Source: Limnothrix sp. BL-A-16 (GTDB taxonomy: Bacteria > Cyanobacteriota > Cyanobacteriia > CACIAM-69d). Taken from it: a DNA stretch of 64,000 nucleotides. The position numbers and the translations under genes are program-made. This document shows positions 51,126-60,915 of this stretch, piece after piece (position 1 is the stretch's first letter; each line of letters starts with the position of its first letter). Under the pieces are notes generated by a model. It had not been told where the DNA came from, searched no databases, and saw only the letters and a program-made list of their open reading frames with translations. The stretch covers positions 864,001-928,000 of the forward strand of contig CP166615.1 of assembly GCA_041937175.2 (NCBI GenBank), written 5' to 3'.

Positions 51126-52790
51126 ATGCTGTTCACTCAAGTGCTTCGGGGAAGGATTGCCCATTGGTGGCCTAAGCCATCTCAGCGATCGCCCCAAACA
51201 ACCACCCCAACCTTGCCCGAGCTAAGGACTGAATCGATCGCCCCGCAACCCGCCACAGGCGATCGATCGGGGCCATTGGGCCGATCGAGCTGGCGGTGGT
51301 CATCGTTGCAGGGGCGACTCACCCTTGAACTAGGGGCGATCGCGGTCTTGAGCCTGAGCACGGCGGCCCTTTGGTCCACCTGGCAAATGGAGCAGACCCT
51401 CGCCACCGCCCACAAGCAAACCCTCAGTTACATTTCCCAGCGATTTCCCGAGGAGTTGGCCCTCTACGATCAGCACGAGGGGCTGGCCAGAGGATTAACC
51501 ACCACCATTGACAAGGTGGCCATGGCGGGGCTGTTAGCTTGGGTCACCGATGATCAAGGGCGCTTGCTGGCTCAACCCAAAGATGACCAGAATTATCAGA
51601 TCGCTCGAGATTTGGTGCAGTCGTTACCCAGCACCACCCAGCGGTTGACCATTGTTCACCGCGATGGACGGATTTGGGTCTTGTGTGAGCGGCCCTTGAC
51701 GGTACGGGGCCGGGCGATCGGGCGGGTCTACTTTGCCCAAGACGTGAGCCATGATTGGCACAAGCTCCATGGCAGTCTGCGGCTGCTGTGGTTGGTGAAT
51801 GGTGTAGCCATGGTGGTTGCACTGGGGGCGATCGGGCGGCGAATTCGCTTAGCCCTCATGCCCCTAGCCACCATGAGCCAAGTGGCCAGCGCCGTTTCTG
51901 CCGATGACTTGGCTGGGGCCCGCCTGGAGTTGCAAGGGGCCCCCGATGAAGTCCGGGGCTTAGCCCAAGCCTTCAATGAGATGTTGGCGCGGCTGTCGCG
52001 CTCTTGGGAACAACAACGGCAATTTGTGGGCAATGTTTCCCATGAATTGCGCACCCCGCTCACGGTGGTGTTGGGTTACTTGCAAAGCCTCCTGCGGCGC
52101 AGCACCAACCTGAATGACTATCAGTTGCAAGCCTTGACCACGGCGGAAGCGGAGGCCGATCGCACCGTGCGCATGTTGCAGGACTTGTTAGATCTGGCCC
52201 GCATTGACAATCGGCAACTGCACTTGCGGCAAGCGCCGATCGTTCTCAATACCTTGCTGTCGGAGGTGACGGACTGGCAACGGCTGGCCTGCGATCGGCC
52301 CATCCATTTGCATCTGGTGGCGGAGGATGTGGTGGTGCTGGCTGACCGCGATCGCCTGACCCGAGCCATTCGGAATTTGCTCGATAATGCCGTGAAATAT
52401 TCCGCCCCCGAACAGCCCGTGACCCTGCAACTGAGTGATCAGGCGGACTGGGCCACCATTGAAGTGCGCGATCGCGGCATGGGCATTCCTCCGGATCAAC
52501 AAGCCCGGGTGTTTGAGCGGTTCTATCGGGGCGAAGATGAAATGACCCGATCGCGCGATGGCACGGGCTTGGGCCTGGCGATCGCCAAGGGAGCCGTGGA
52601 AGGGATGGGCGGCCGCATCGATCTGCAATCGCAACCGGGCCTGGGCAGCACCTTCACGATCAGACTTCCTCGCTGGAACATATCCTCTGCATCCGATCCA
52701 TCCGTTGATCAATCCTTGATTGATGGCCATTATGGTTTCACCCTTGAAGCTCAATCCCCCCACAGCCCGAATTCTGGTGGTGGAAGATGA
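51126..52790 (+). CDS. Membrane HAMP-domain sensor histidine kinase
   Basis: Two TMs, HAMP (DEV..LAQAFNEML), H-box SHELRTPL, N-box NLLDNAVKY, DRGMGI and GTGLGLAI. Confidence 0.95.
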   Translation: MLFTQVLRGRIAHWWPKPSQRSPQTTTPTLPELRTESIAPQPATGDRSGPLGRSSWRWSSLQGRLTLELGAIAVLSLSTAALWSTWQMEQTLATAHKQTLSYISQRFPEELALYDQHEGLARGLTTTIDKVAMAGLLAWVTDDQGRLLAQPKDDQNYQIARDLVQSLPSTTQRLTIVHRDGRIWVLCERPLTVRGRAIGRVYFAQDVSHDWHKLHGSLRLLWLVNGVAMVVALGAIGRRIRLALMPLATMSQVASAVSADDLAGARLELQGAPDEVRGLAQAFNEMLARLSRSWEQQRQFVGNVSHELRTPLTVVLGYLQSLLRRSTNLNDYQLQALTTAEAEADRTVRMLQDLLDLARIDNRQLHLRQAPIVLNTLLSEVTDWQRLACDRPIHLHLVAEDVVVLADRDRLTRAIRNLLDNAVKYSAPEQPVTLQLSDQADWATIEVRDRGMGIPPDQQARVFERFYRGEDEMTRSRDGTGLGLAIAKGAVEGMGGRIDLQSQPGLGSTFTIRLPRWNISSASDPSVDQSLIDGHYGFTLEAQSPHSPNSGGGR

Positions 52791-53442
52791 TGCCAATTTG
52801 GCGCGATTTGTGGCGGGAGAATTGGAACTGGAGGGCTATGGGGTAACTGTGGCAACCACAGGCTTGGAGGGGCTGAACGCCGCCCGATCGAATCCGTCGC
52901 CGGATCTGTTGATTTTGGATTGGATGTTACCGGGGCTGTCGGGTTTGGATCTTTGTCTGCGGTTGCGAGAAACGGGATTGCAGGCCCCCATTATTCTGTT
53001 GACGGCCCGGGATGAAATTCTCGATCGGGTCACGGGCTTGAATGCGGGCGCGGATGATTATGTGGTGAAACCCTTCAGTATTGCGGAGCTGTTGGCGCGG
53101 GTGCGGGCCCACTTGCGGCGAGTTTCGCCCCACGAACCCGATCAAATCACCCTGGCAGATTTAACCCTGAATCCGCTGACCAGGGAGGTGCAACGCGGGG
53201 GCGATCGGGTGGACTTAACGGCCAAGGAGTTTGATTTACTGGAGTTTTTGTTGCGCCATCCTCGTCAGGTCATTTCGCGCGATCGACTGTTGGAATCCGT
53301 TTGGGGCAATAACTTTGGCGGCGAATCTAACATCGTGGAAGTTTATATCCGAGCCTTGCGGATCAAATTAGAAATGGCCCAGCGCCCTCGCCTGATCCAC
53401 ACCTTGCGGGGGGTCGGTTATGTTTTGCGCGAGTCGCCCTGA
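52732..53442 (+). CDS. OmpR-family response regulator
   Basis: ILVVEDD, LILDWMLP, GADDYVVKPF and winged helix ending IHTLRGVGY; overlaps the kinase 3' end. Confidence 0.95.
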   Translation: MVSPLKLNPPTARILVVEDDANLARFVAGELELEGYGVTVATTGLEGLNAARSNPSPDLLILDWMLPGLSGLDLCLRLRETGLQAPIILLTARDEILDRVTGLNAGADDYVVKPFSIAELLARVRAHLRRVSPHEPDQITLADLTLNPLTREVQRGGDRVDLTAKEFDLLEFLLRHPRQVISRDRLLESVWGNNFGGESNIVEVYIRALRIKLEMAQRPRLIHTLRGVGYVLRESP

Positions 53443-53459
53443 TTGAGCGATGGCTTGAT

Positions 53460-55439
53460 TTAGCGATCGGGAGCGGAGCCTGTCCAGGTTTGATCGCCAA
53501 CGATCACGCGGAGGATGCCCCCTTCCCAATCTTGGGTGATCAACGGTCGATCGGGGCGGGCTGGGTTGCGCGATCGATAGGCCGCAAACTGGCCCCAATC
53601 GAGCGTTTCCCCGTTGCGTTTCACAACCGGGCGATCGGGCCCCCGTTGGGTCACGGCCAGTTGATTGCCCTGGGAACCGGTGAAAGTAACTGTATTTTGG
53701 TTCACAACCCAGCGCGATCGCCCCAACACCGCCGCCCGAAACGCAGCAAAGTTGCGATCGGCTCCCGGTTCTCCAACCTCCATGGCCCAGCCCGTGAGGG
53801 TTCCGGCAGGGCGATCGGGGCGGGCCACCCACAGTTGATCCGTGGGATAGCGCTTTTGCAGTTGGGTGGTTTCGCTGTTGTTGACCTGGGGCAGCGTCAG
53901 CCCGATCGGGTAAATGGCAATCCAAGTTTCAGCCAACTGCCAAAACAAAACCGGCTGACCGGCGGCAGTTTGGGCCGTTTCGCTGGCGGCCGCTTGGGGC
54001 AAACTCCACTGAAACGGGGCCCGCCCATCATTCAGCCACACCAACAGGGGCCCAAACTGCCCGATCGCGTCGTGGGTGTCCGGTTGGTGGTGGGTAGAAA
54101 TTGTCTCGGGATTCACCCCGGAACCGGCCAGCAGGTAATCCACGCCCCGGCTGGGATTCGTGGCCAACAGTTTAAAACCGTTCACATCATTGATCGACCC
54201 TTGGGCCAGGCTGCCCAATTGGAAGGTGCGGCCAAAGTAGAGCGTTTCGTAATACAAGGGACGATCGCGCGCCCCCGGTTTCCAATGTTCATAGGTGGGT
54301 TTGCCCGCAAACACTTCCTGGGGGCGATCGAACCGTTTGCGCGCCAGGGCCACCGCCACGGCCGGCGGTCGGTAACCACTGGTGAGGGCATGAACACCAT
54401 CGGGGTCGGGATCCGGATCCGGGGCGATCGCCTCCCCAAAATATAAATTCAGCAGTTTGCTCGCCAAAGCCGTCAAGGGCGCATTTCCCTTGCTAGCGTC
54501 GCGTTTGCTGGGGCCCCCAAAGCCGCCGCGCCAATATTTCAGCGCTCCGGTGATGCTTAACCAATCCAGGGCGGCCTTGGCGGTGGCCCGCATTTCCGGT
54601 TCCGGCGCAAAGTCGTAGAGATTCAGCCAGGCGGTGAATGTGTGGCCCCAGTAGGTTTCCGAGTCCCATTCCCCCTGACCAATTTTGTAAAGATTGCGGG
54701 CGAAACTTTGCAGGCGATCGCGGTAAATAGCGGCGGTTTCTCGGTTGCCGGCTTCCATGGCAAACAGATAAACGGCCGTTTCTCGCATCGATCGCAAATT
54801 ATCGGTGTTGCGGCAATCCACCCAGGTGATGCAGTTATCGCGCGATCGATTCCAAAAGGGCTGCGGGGTGCTGAAAAACTGCTTCAGGGGATCCAACTTT
54901 GTCCAGAGGGCGGCTCCCTGCTTCATCCGATCGCGATAGGCCGGATCGAGGAATTGCCCAAAATAGAAATATTTGCGCACCTGCCCTTTCAGGGTAAAGG
55001 CGGGATAGAAATCAATGCCAAGGGTATGTTCGGTGCTGCTGGGGATCGGGTCGGGCTTTTGCAGGAAGGCGATCGCCCGATCGCGGTTGCCCGCCAAAAA
55101 GTCCAGCATTGCTTTGGGATAGGACTTTTTTTCGTTTTCAAAATAGCCATTGCCATAGGTTTTGGGGTTAGCAAATTGGGCAATCAGGGCCCGTCCTCGG
55201 GCTTGGTAGGCCGCTTCCCACTCGGCGGGCCAAGGGTTGGCTCCGTCGGGCGGAACGATCGGGATATTGGCGGCGATCGGGCTGGGGGTGGGCGATTGCT
55301 GTTCGGGTGAGGATTGGGGCGATCGCTCCATGGGTGAGGATTGGGGCGATCGGGGGGCCTCCGCTTGAACCGCACAACCCGCCACCATTACCCAGCCGAT
55401 CGTGGCCACCCATCCGTAGGCGCTAGTTTTTTGACTCAC
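53460..55439 (-). CDS. Hypothetical lipoprotein (helical N-domain + beta-rich C-domain)
   Basis: 659 aa; lipobox VAG-C, Pro/Ser linker and an aromatic-rich folded region. Confidence 0.8.
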   Translation of the reverse strand: MSQKTSAYGWVATIGWVMVAGCAVQAEAPRSPQSSPMERSPQSSPEQQSPTPSPIAANIPIVPPDGANPWPAEWEAAYQARGRALIAQFANPKTYGNGYFENEKKSYPKAMLDFLAGNRDRAIAFLQKPDPIPSSTEHTLGIDFYPAFTLKGQVRKYFYFGQFLDPAYRDRMKQGAALWTKLDPLKQFFSTPQPFWNRSRDNCITWVDCRNTDNLRSMRETAVYLFAMEAGNRETAAIYRDRLQSFARNLYKIGQGEWDSETYWGHTFTAWLNLYDFAPEPEMRATAKAALDWLSITGALKYWRGGFGGPSKRDASKGNAPLTALASKLLNLYFGEAIAPDPDPDPDGVHALTSGYRPPAVAVALARKRFDRPQEVFAGKPTYEHWKPGARDRPLYYETLYFGRTFQLGSLAQGSINDVNGFKLLATNPSRGVDYLLAGSGVNPETISTHHQPDTHDAIGQFGPLLVWLNDGRAPFQWSLPQAAASETAQTAAGQPVLFWQLAETWIAIYPIGLTLPQVNNSETTQLQKRYPTDQLWVARPDRPAGTLTGWAMEVGEPGADRNFAAFRAAVLGRSRWVVNQNTVTFTGSQGNQLAVTQRGPDRPVVKRNGETLDWGQFAAYRSRNPARPDRPLITQDWEGGILRVIVGDQTWTGSAPDR

Positions 55440-55504
55440 GGTTCAATCCCCTCGCCCCTCAGTCGGTAAGCTGAAAAGTCCTGTCTCTTCCTGGCACCCA
55501 ACCC

Positions 55505-57418
55505 ATGAGCGATCGCCCTTCCGTTGCCATCCTAGCGCCCACGCCTCGTGGTCTGCGGTTGGCCCAACAAATCCAAGCGGGACTGCCTGGCTCCGTGATT
55601 TGGACGAAGGATTCGGCCCAGGGCCGTGCGGCGGCGGGTTCCCGGGATGCCCTTCGCACCTATGAAGACTTTCGGGCCCTGGTGGCCGATCGCTGGATGG
55701 TGGGGCAACCGCTGATTTTTGTGTTGGCGGTGGAGGCCACGGTGCGGGCGATCGCCCCCCATTTACAAGACAAACGCACGGAACCGGCCGTGGTGGCCGT
55801 TGATGAAACGGGGCAGTATGTGATCAGCCTTTGCGGCGGGCATTTGGGCGGGGCTGATGCCTTGACCCGACAGGTGGCGGGGCTGTTGACGGTGGAGCCG
55901 GTGATCACCAGTGCCGCCGAAGGGCAGCAGCTCCCGGCGATCGATCTGTTGGGCGATCGCTACGGTTGGCGACGGGGCCAAGGGGATTGGCTGGGGGTAG
56001 CCAGCGCGATCGCCCGGTTCGAGACCGTGGGCGTGGTGCAAACTTGCGGCTGGAATCTGTGGATTGAGGAGTTGCCGGAGTTTCACCCCTTTGTGCTTTT
56101 GTCGGAAGCGGACTTGGCAGAGGTGGACGAGTTGCCTTCCAATCTGCGGGCGATCGTTTGGATTAGCGATCGCCCCTTGCCGTCCTTGCCCTTGCCCGCA
56201 GTGGCCTGGCATCCGCGCACCCTTTGGGTTGGCATTGGTTGCGAGCGCCACACCCCCGAAGGTCAGATCGCGGCGGCCTTGGCCCAAGTGTTGGAGCAAG
56301 CGGATTTGGCTCCGGAGGCACTTGCTGGGATTGGTTCGATCGACCTGAAACGGGATGAAGTGGGGTTGCTGGCCTTAGTCGATCGGCTCGATCTGGCCGC
56401 CCGTTGGTTCACTGCCGCCGCCCTGGCCCCGATCGCCGTGCCCAACCCTTCGGAGGTGGTGCGCGCAGAAGTGGGCACACCCTCAGTGGCGGAAGCATCA
56501 GCCCGGTTGGCGGCCGACGGAGCCGAGCTAATTCGGGAAAGACAGGGGTTTCGGGCCCCCAACGGTGGTTCCGGCGCTTGCACGATCGCCCTGGCTCGGG
56601 CCGATCGGGAATATACCCCCCACCTGGGCAAGCTGTGGCTGATTGGTACGGGCCCCGGCTCCTTGGATCAGCTCACCCCCGCCGCCCGCGCTGCCCTCAG
56701 CCAATGCGACATCATCATCGGCCATCAACTTTGCCTAGATCTGCTGCGCCCCCTGTTGCATCCGGGGCAAATCATTGAAGGCAGTCCCATCACCCACGAA
56801 AAGCAGCGTGCGGAACGGGCGATCGACCTGGCGGAGCGGGGGCTAAGGGTGGCGGTGGTTTCTTCCGGTGACTGTGGAATTGATGCCATGGCCGGGTTGG
56901 TGCTGGAATGTTTGGCCGCCCGCAACTGGGACGGCCAAACCCCGCAGGTGGAAGTGTTGCCCGGAATCACCGCCTTGCAAGCGGCCGCCGCCCGCGTGGG
57001 TGCGCCCCTAATGCATGATTTTTGCGCCATTTCCCTGTCGGACTTGCTCACGCCCTGGCCCGTCATTGTGCAACGGTTGCAGGCGGCGGCGGCCGGAGAC
57101 TTTGTGGTGGCGTTATATAACCCCCGATCGCAAACGCGCCAAACCCAAATTGAAACGGCCTTCGAGATTTTGCGGGCCCAGCGATCGCCCGAAACCCCTG
57201 TAGTTCTGGCTCGATCGCTCCACCGTCCCGATGAACAGATCACCATCGCCACCCTAGCCACGGTCGATTTGCAGGCGATCGATATGCTCACCGTCGTTTT
57301 AATTGGCAACGCCAGCACCTTCACCCACAGCGGCAAGGTGATCACCCCCCGAGGCTATGCCGTGGCTCATGCATTCCTGTCTGCCACAACATCTACTCCC
57401 GATTCATTAGGAGATTAA
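55505..57418 (+). CDS. cobJ: Fused CbiG (cobalt-precorrin-5A hydrolase) / CobJ-CbiH (precorrin-3B C17-methyltransferase)
   Basis: DKRTEPAVVAVDE...GGHLGGA, VGIGCER and GTPSVAEA (CbiG); IGTGPG, SSGDCG, GAPLMHDFCAISLSDLLTPW, LYNPRS and ITPRGY (CobJ). Confidence 0.94.
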   Translation: MSDRPSVAILAPTPRGLRLAQQIQAGLPGSVIWTKDSAQGRAAAGSRDALRTYEDFRALVADRWMVGQPLIFVLAVEATVRAIAPHLQDKRTEPAVVAVDETGQYVISLCGGHLGGADALTRQVAGLLTVEPVITSAAEGQQLPAIDLLGDRYGWRRGQGDWLGVASAIARFETVGVVQTCGWNLWIEELPEFHPFVLLSEADLAEVDELPSNLRAIVWISDRPLPSLPLPAVAWHPRTLWVGIGCERHTPEGQIAAALAQVLEQADLAPEALAGIGSIDLKRDEVGLLALVDRLDLAARWFTAAALAPIAVPNPSEVVRAEVGTPSVAEASARLAADGAELIRERQGFRAPNGGSGACTIALARADREYTPHLGKLWLIGTGPGSLDQLTPAARAALSQCDIIIGHQLCLDLLRPLLHPGQIIEGSPITHEKQRAERAIDLAERGLRVAVVSSGDCGIDAMAGLVLECLAARNWDGQTPQVEVLPGITALQAAAARVGAPLMHDFCAISLSDLLTPWPVIVQRLQAAAAGDFVVALYNPRSQTRQTQIETAFEILRAQRSPETPVVLARSLHRPDEQITIATLATVDLQAIDMLTVVLIGNASTFTHSGKVITPRGYAVAHAFLSATTSTPDSLGD

Positions 57419-58819
57419 TTGGAAAATCACTCAAAACAACCCAAAATGACTTGAAATTAGCACTTTTCTTCATCATTGCTCCACAATCATCCCGTTTTTC
57501 TACCAATCTTTGAAGCTTGGGTGAAGCGGCAAAATTCAAAAGGAATCCCGGGAATGATCGCGAAATGGCAATTGGCTCATTTTTGCGGAATTTTGAGCAT
57601 ATCGACCAGATTTTGTTGGTCAATCTACCCCAGTCGCGATCAAAGTGTAAAAATTGATGCTTTGGCAACCCTCTAAAAAAACAGGTTTCGTCATTTTTTT
57701 AGACCTTGACAGCATTGGTGAAGATTGAAATCGACAATGATTGCGATCTCATGGGGTAAATTTTTATGCACTATATCCTGATTTAGCGCAGCAAGTTGTG
57801 TAGTATCTTGACTTGCTGACAGGCTTAAATGCGAAAGAAATCAGGAGAATCAATATTTATTGAGATTTTTTTAAACCATTCAGTCATATTTGGGCCATTA
57901 ATTTCTTGACAATCATTCTCTGAGTTTGTCAAGCAATTACTTGATTGTGAGTGATTTTCGTAAATGTGAAAAAAATCTCAAAGCCCTGAAGAGCAGGCTT
58001 TGTAAGCATCTAAGAAAACCGTAAATTAAAATTACTACTCATTCATAATGTTAGTTTGCAAGGTCTAGACTGTTCTAAGAAACGGCTTTGACCAATAAAA
58101 GGCCTTGGGGAGCAGCCCTCAAGCCAACACGATCATCAAGAAAAGTTAATGACTGCTCGAAATCAACTAAATTATTATTTAATAATTGAATATGTCCTGA
58201 TGATCTCTGGGTTAACTCTCGCCATTTCTTCAGTAGATTTCCCGATTGCCACTAGATGACTGTTTGTAGACCATGACAACGTTTGAGTGCGCTCAGCCGG
58301 TTCTTAAATCAGTTCAGTAGGAGGTAAGCTTGGAGTATCAATTAAGACATAACATTGGCACTGGCTTTGGGTTCATCGCTATTTATTAGCGAAATCAAGC
58401 AATCCTGCGAGCAAAATTGACCACCACTCAGTGCTCTACAGCCCAGGCGGGATCGATATTTGCAGCGGAAAAATTTTTCTGAAAATTGACTCAAGACTTA
58501 GATCAAAACTACTGTGCCGATTTTGCAAAGTTGTCGCTTAGCGGCAGGTCTTTGGATAAAGCTGGTGCATTGGTTGCTGTTGGGTCGAAGGTTAGTTTCA
58601 TAACTGTCATTCAGGCTCACAAGGGGTCATTAAAGACGATCGGGTTGCAGTTGGGGGTGGGAGTCCAGGGCCAAAGACTTGGCCAGCGATCGATGAATGG
58701 TTTGAGGGATTGATGATTGGTGAATGATGCTCGAGTGATCATTTGGGGACGACGGGAGCGTCGTGATCAATTAGCCATGGGTCAAATGGGTCAATGGGTT
58801 GGATTGGGAGTGTCCATCA

Positions 58820-60310
58820 ATGACTGAAGCAGCAACGGGATGGACAAAGGTGTCGCGGACGCTGGCGACGGTGGTGCAGCGACGGGCTTCGGGCGTGTTG
58901 GTGCTGGAGCGGGGGCCGAGTCGCTGGCGCTTGATTTTTTTGCAGGGTCGCTTGCTATGGGCGATCGATGAGCAGTTTCGGATTCGCCGTTGGCAGCGGG
59001 CCCTGAAGCGATCGGGGATGAATCTAAAGCCGGTTGCGCTGACGGAAACGGCGCGGCCCCTGTGGGAGGTGTGGTGGTTGGCAACGGCGCTGTTGGCGGG
59101 CCAAGTCACCCCAGCGCAGTTGCGATCGGGGTTGGAGTCGGTGGCCCAGGAGGTGCTGTTTGCGGCGGCGAGTGATCCCACGGTGGTGTCTCACTGGGAT
59201 AAATATGTGCCCGCTTTGCCGGACACAAGGGCGGTGGCGCAACAGTTGCTTGGCAGTGAGGCCCTGTTGGCGGTGATGCAGTCGGTGGTGAAGTTGCTGC
59301 AACGGTGGGAGTCGGTGGGATTGTCGCCGGAGCAGGCCGATCACGCGCCCCAGTTGTCCCAGTTGGATTGGTCTCCGTCAGCAACAACTCAAAATGACCG
59401 ATCGACGTTTTTAACGTTGGCTCCGTTGCTGAATGGTCAACGATCGACCTGGGATGTCTCGCTGGTGATGAAACAGCCCATGTCGATCGTCGTGCATCTG
59501 CTGCATCACTTGGTGGAGCGTGGGGGCTTGGATTTTCTGCCCTTGGACGATCGCCCGGCGGACACGGTGCTGAATTTGCTCTTTACGCCGCAAGCAGCGC
59601 CAGTTAAGCCCCCACAGTCCGCAGCGCCCCAGGACAGAGCCGCCACCGCTCCAGGGCGATCGGGCGGGCCGGCGGCGAACCCGACCCCAGCACCCCAACC
59701 CACTTCAGCAACCCAAGCTCCCAATTCTGAGCAACCCTTGGTGATGTTGATTGATGACGATCCGATGGTGGGCAAGCTGCTGCGCCCCGTGGTGCATCGT
59801 TTGGGTTGTCGGTTTGTGCATATTACGGAGCCGACAAGGGCTTTGGCGGCGGCGATCGAGCAGCGGCCAGATATGGTGTTGCTGGATTTGGTGATGCCGA
59901 TCGTGAATGGCTATGAGCTTTGTACCCAGTTACGACGGGTGAACCTGTTAGCGAATGTGCCGATCGCGATTGTCACCAGCAATCGCGGGGCGATCGACCG
60001 GGTGCGGGCCAAGCTGGTTGGGGCTTCGGCCTTTGTACCCAAGCCCTTACGCCTAGAAAAGGTGGCCGCGCTGCTTCAGCAATACTTGCCCGATCGATTG
60101 CAACCGCCACCCCAGGACAATCCCCAACGACCACAACCCTCGCCAACAACCGCAGCCACCCTCCCCAAGTCACCGCGCAATGGTGGTGGCTGGCATCCGG
60201 CCCCTGCCGCTGGCATTCAACCCAACAACGCCGGCCCCCTAAATCGGTATCTAATCGGTGAAGAAATGCTCAACAATCGCTATGAATTCGGAGTTTTGGC
60301 GAAACAATAG
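58820..60310 (+). CDS. PatA-family response regulator (PATAN/DUF4388 + receiver domain)
   Basis: SGVLVL...WRLIFLQGRLLWA PATAN-like N-terminus and LLNGQRS.WD; receiver motifs IDDD, LLDLVMP..NGYELC..LR and DRVRAKLVGA..F..KP. GGAG precedes ATG 58820. Confidence 0.9.
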   Translation: MTEAATGWTKVSRTLATVVQRRASGVLVLERGPSRWRLIFLQGRLLWAIDEQFRIRRWQRALKRSGMNLKPVALTETARPLWEVWWLATALLAGQVTPAQLRSGLESVAQEVLFAAASDPTVVSHWDKYVPALPDTRAVAQQLLGSEALLAVMQSVVKLLQRWESVGLSPEQADHAPQLSQLDWSPSATTQNDRSTFLTLAPLLNGQRSTWDVSLVMKQPMSIVVHLLHHLVERGGLDFLPLDDRPADTVLNLLFTPQAAPVKPPQSAAPQDRAATAPGRSGGPAANPTPAPQPTSATQAPNSEQPLVMLIDDDPMVGKLLRPVVHRLGCRFVHITEPTRALAAAIEQRPDMVLLDLVMPIVNGYELCTQLRRVNLLANVPIAIVTSNRGAIDRVRAKLVGASAFVPKPLRLEKVAALLQQYLPDRLQPPPQDNPQRPQPSPTTAATLPKSPRNGGGWHPAPAAGIQPNNAGPLNRYLIGEEMLNNRYEFGVLAKQ

Positions 60311-60915
60311 AGAAAGGATTGTATGGGGTTGCCACCTACGCCCGATCGGGATGTGGGAATTGGATGTGGGGACTGTGTGAGGCTTCGGGTTTAAGTTCAT
60401 CCGTTGAAACAGACGAATGAAACAGATGGATCAGTAAGCCATGAGAAATCAAGCCGATTGAGTCTCGTTTGCACTGAATTGGGATTGAGGTTCAACTTGA
60501 GGTTCATCAACAAAAAACCACAATTCTTGCAGGAAATTGACAATTTGCAAGCTGCGAGATCGATATCAAACAGGGGCGATCGGGGCAAGTTAAAACTACT
60601 GATCCAACCGATGTCCTAACCAATGACCCAAGCGATGATCAAGCCAATCCCAGCTACCAATCCCAGCTAATTGAATTGATCAACCAGTGATTAGGCATCA
60701 GTCCGGCAATGATCAGGGTGTGCTATTGGGGTTGCCATTGGGCCCGTGAGGCCTGGAATTGAGAGAAATAATTGGGTTCGGGACACTGAACCATTGACTG
60801 TCCATGGGCCCGGCCGGGGCCTGCACCATGGCCAGGTTCCGGCTGAAGCGTCAGCCGAGGCGGGCCAGGACGGCCAATTAAAAATTGGGTTTTTGGATGT
60901 GGGAGAACGTGGGCG

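Noticed and set aside
52732..52790. ~60-nt overlap between the histidine kinase and response regulator genes
   Set aside because: Explained by a low-complexity C-terminal extension of the kinase; no sign of a frameshift or fusion.
55440..55504. Possible cobalamin riboswitch upstream of cbiG-cobJ
   Set aside because: Only 65 bp lie between the divergent genes, and no B12-element motifs were seen.
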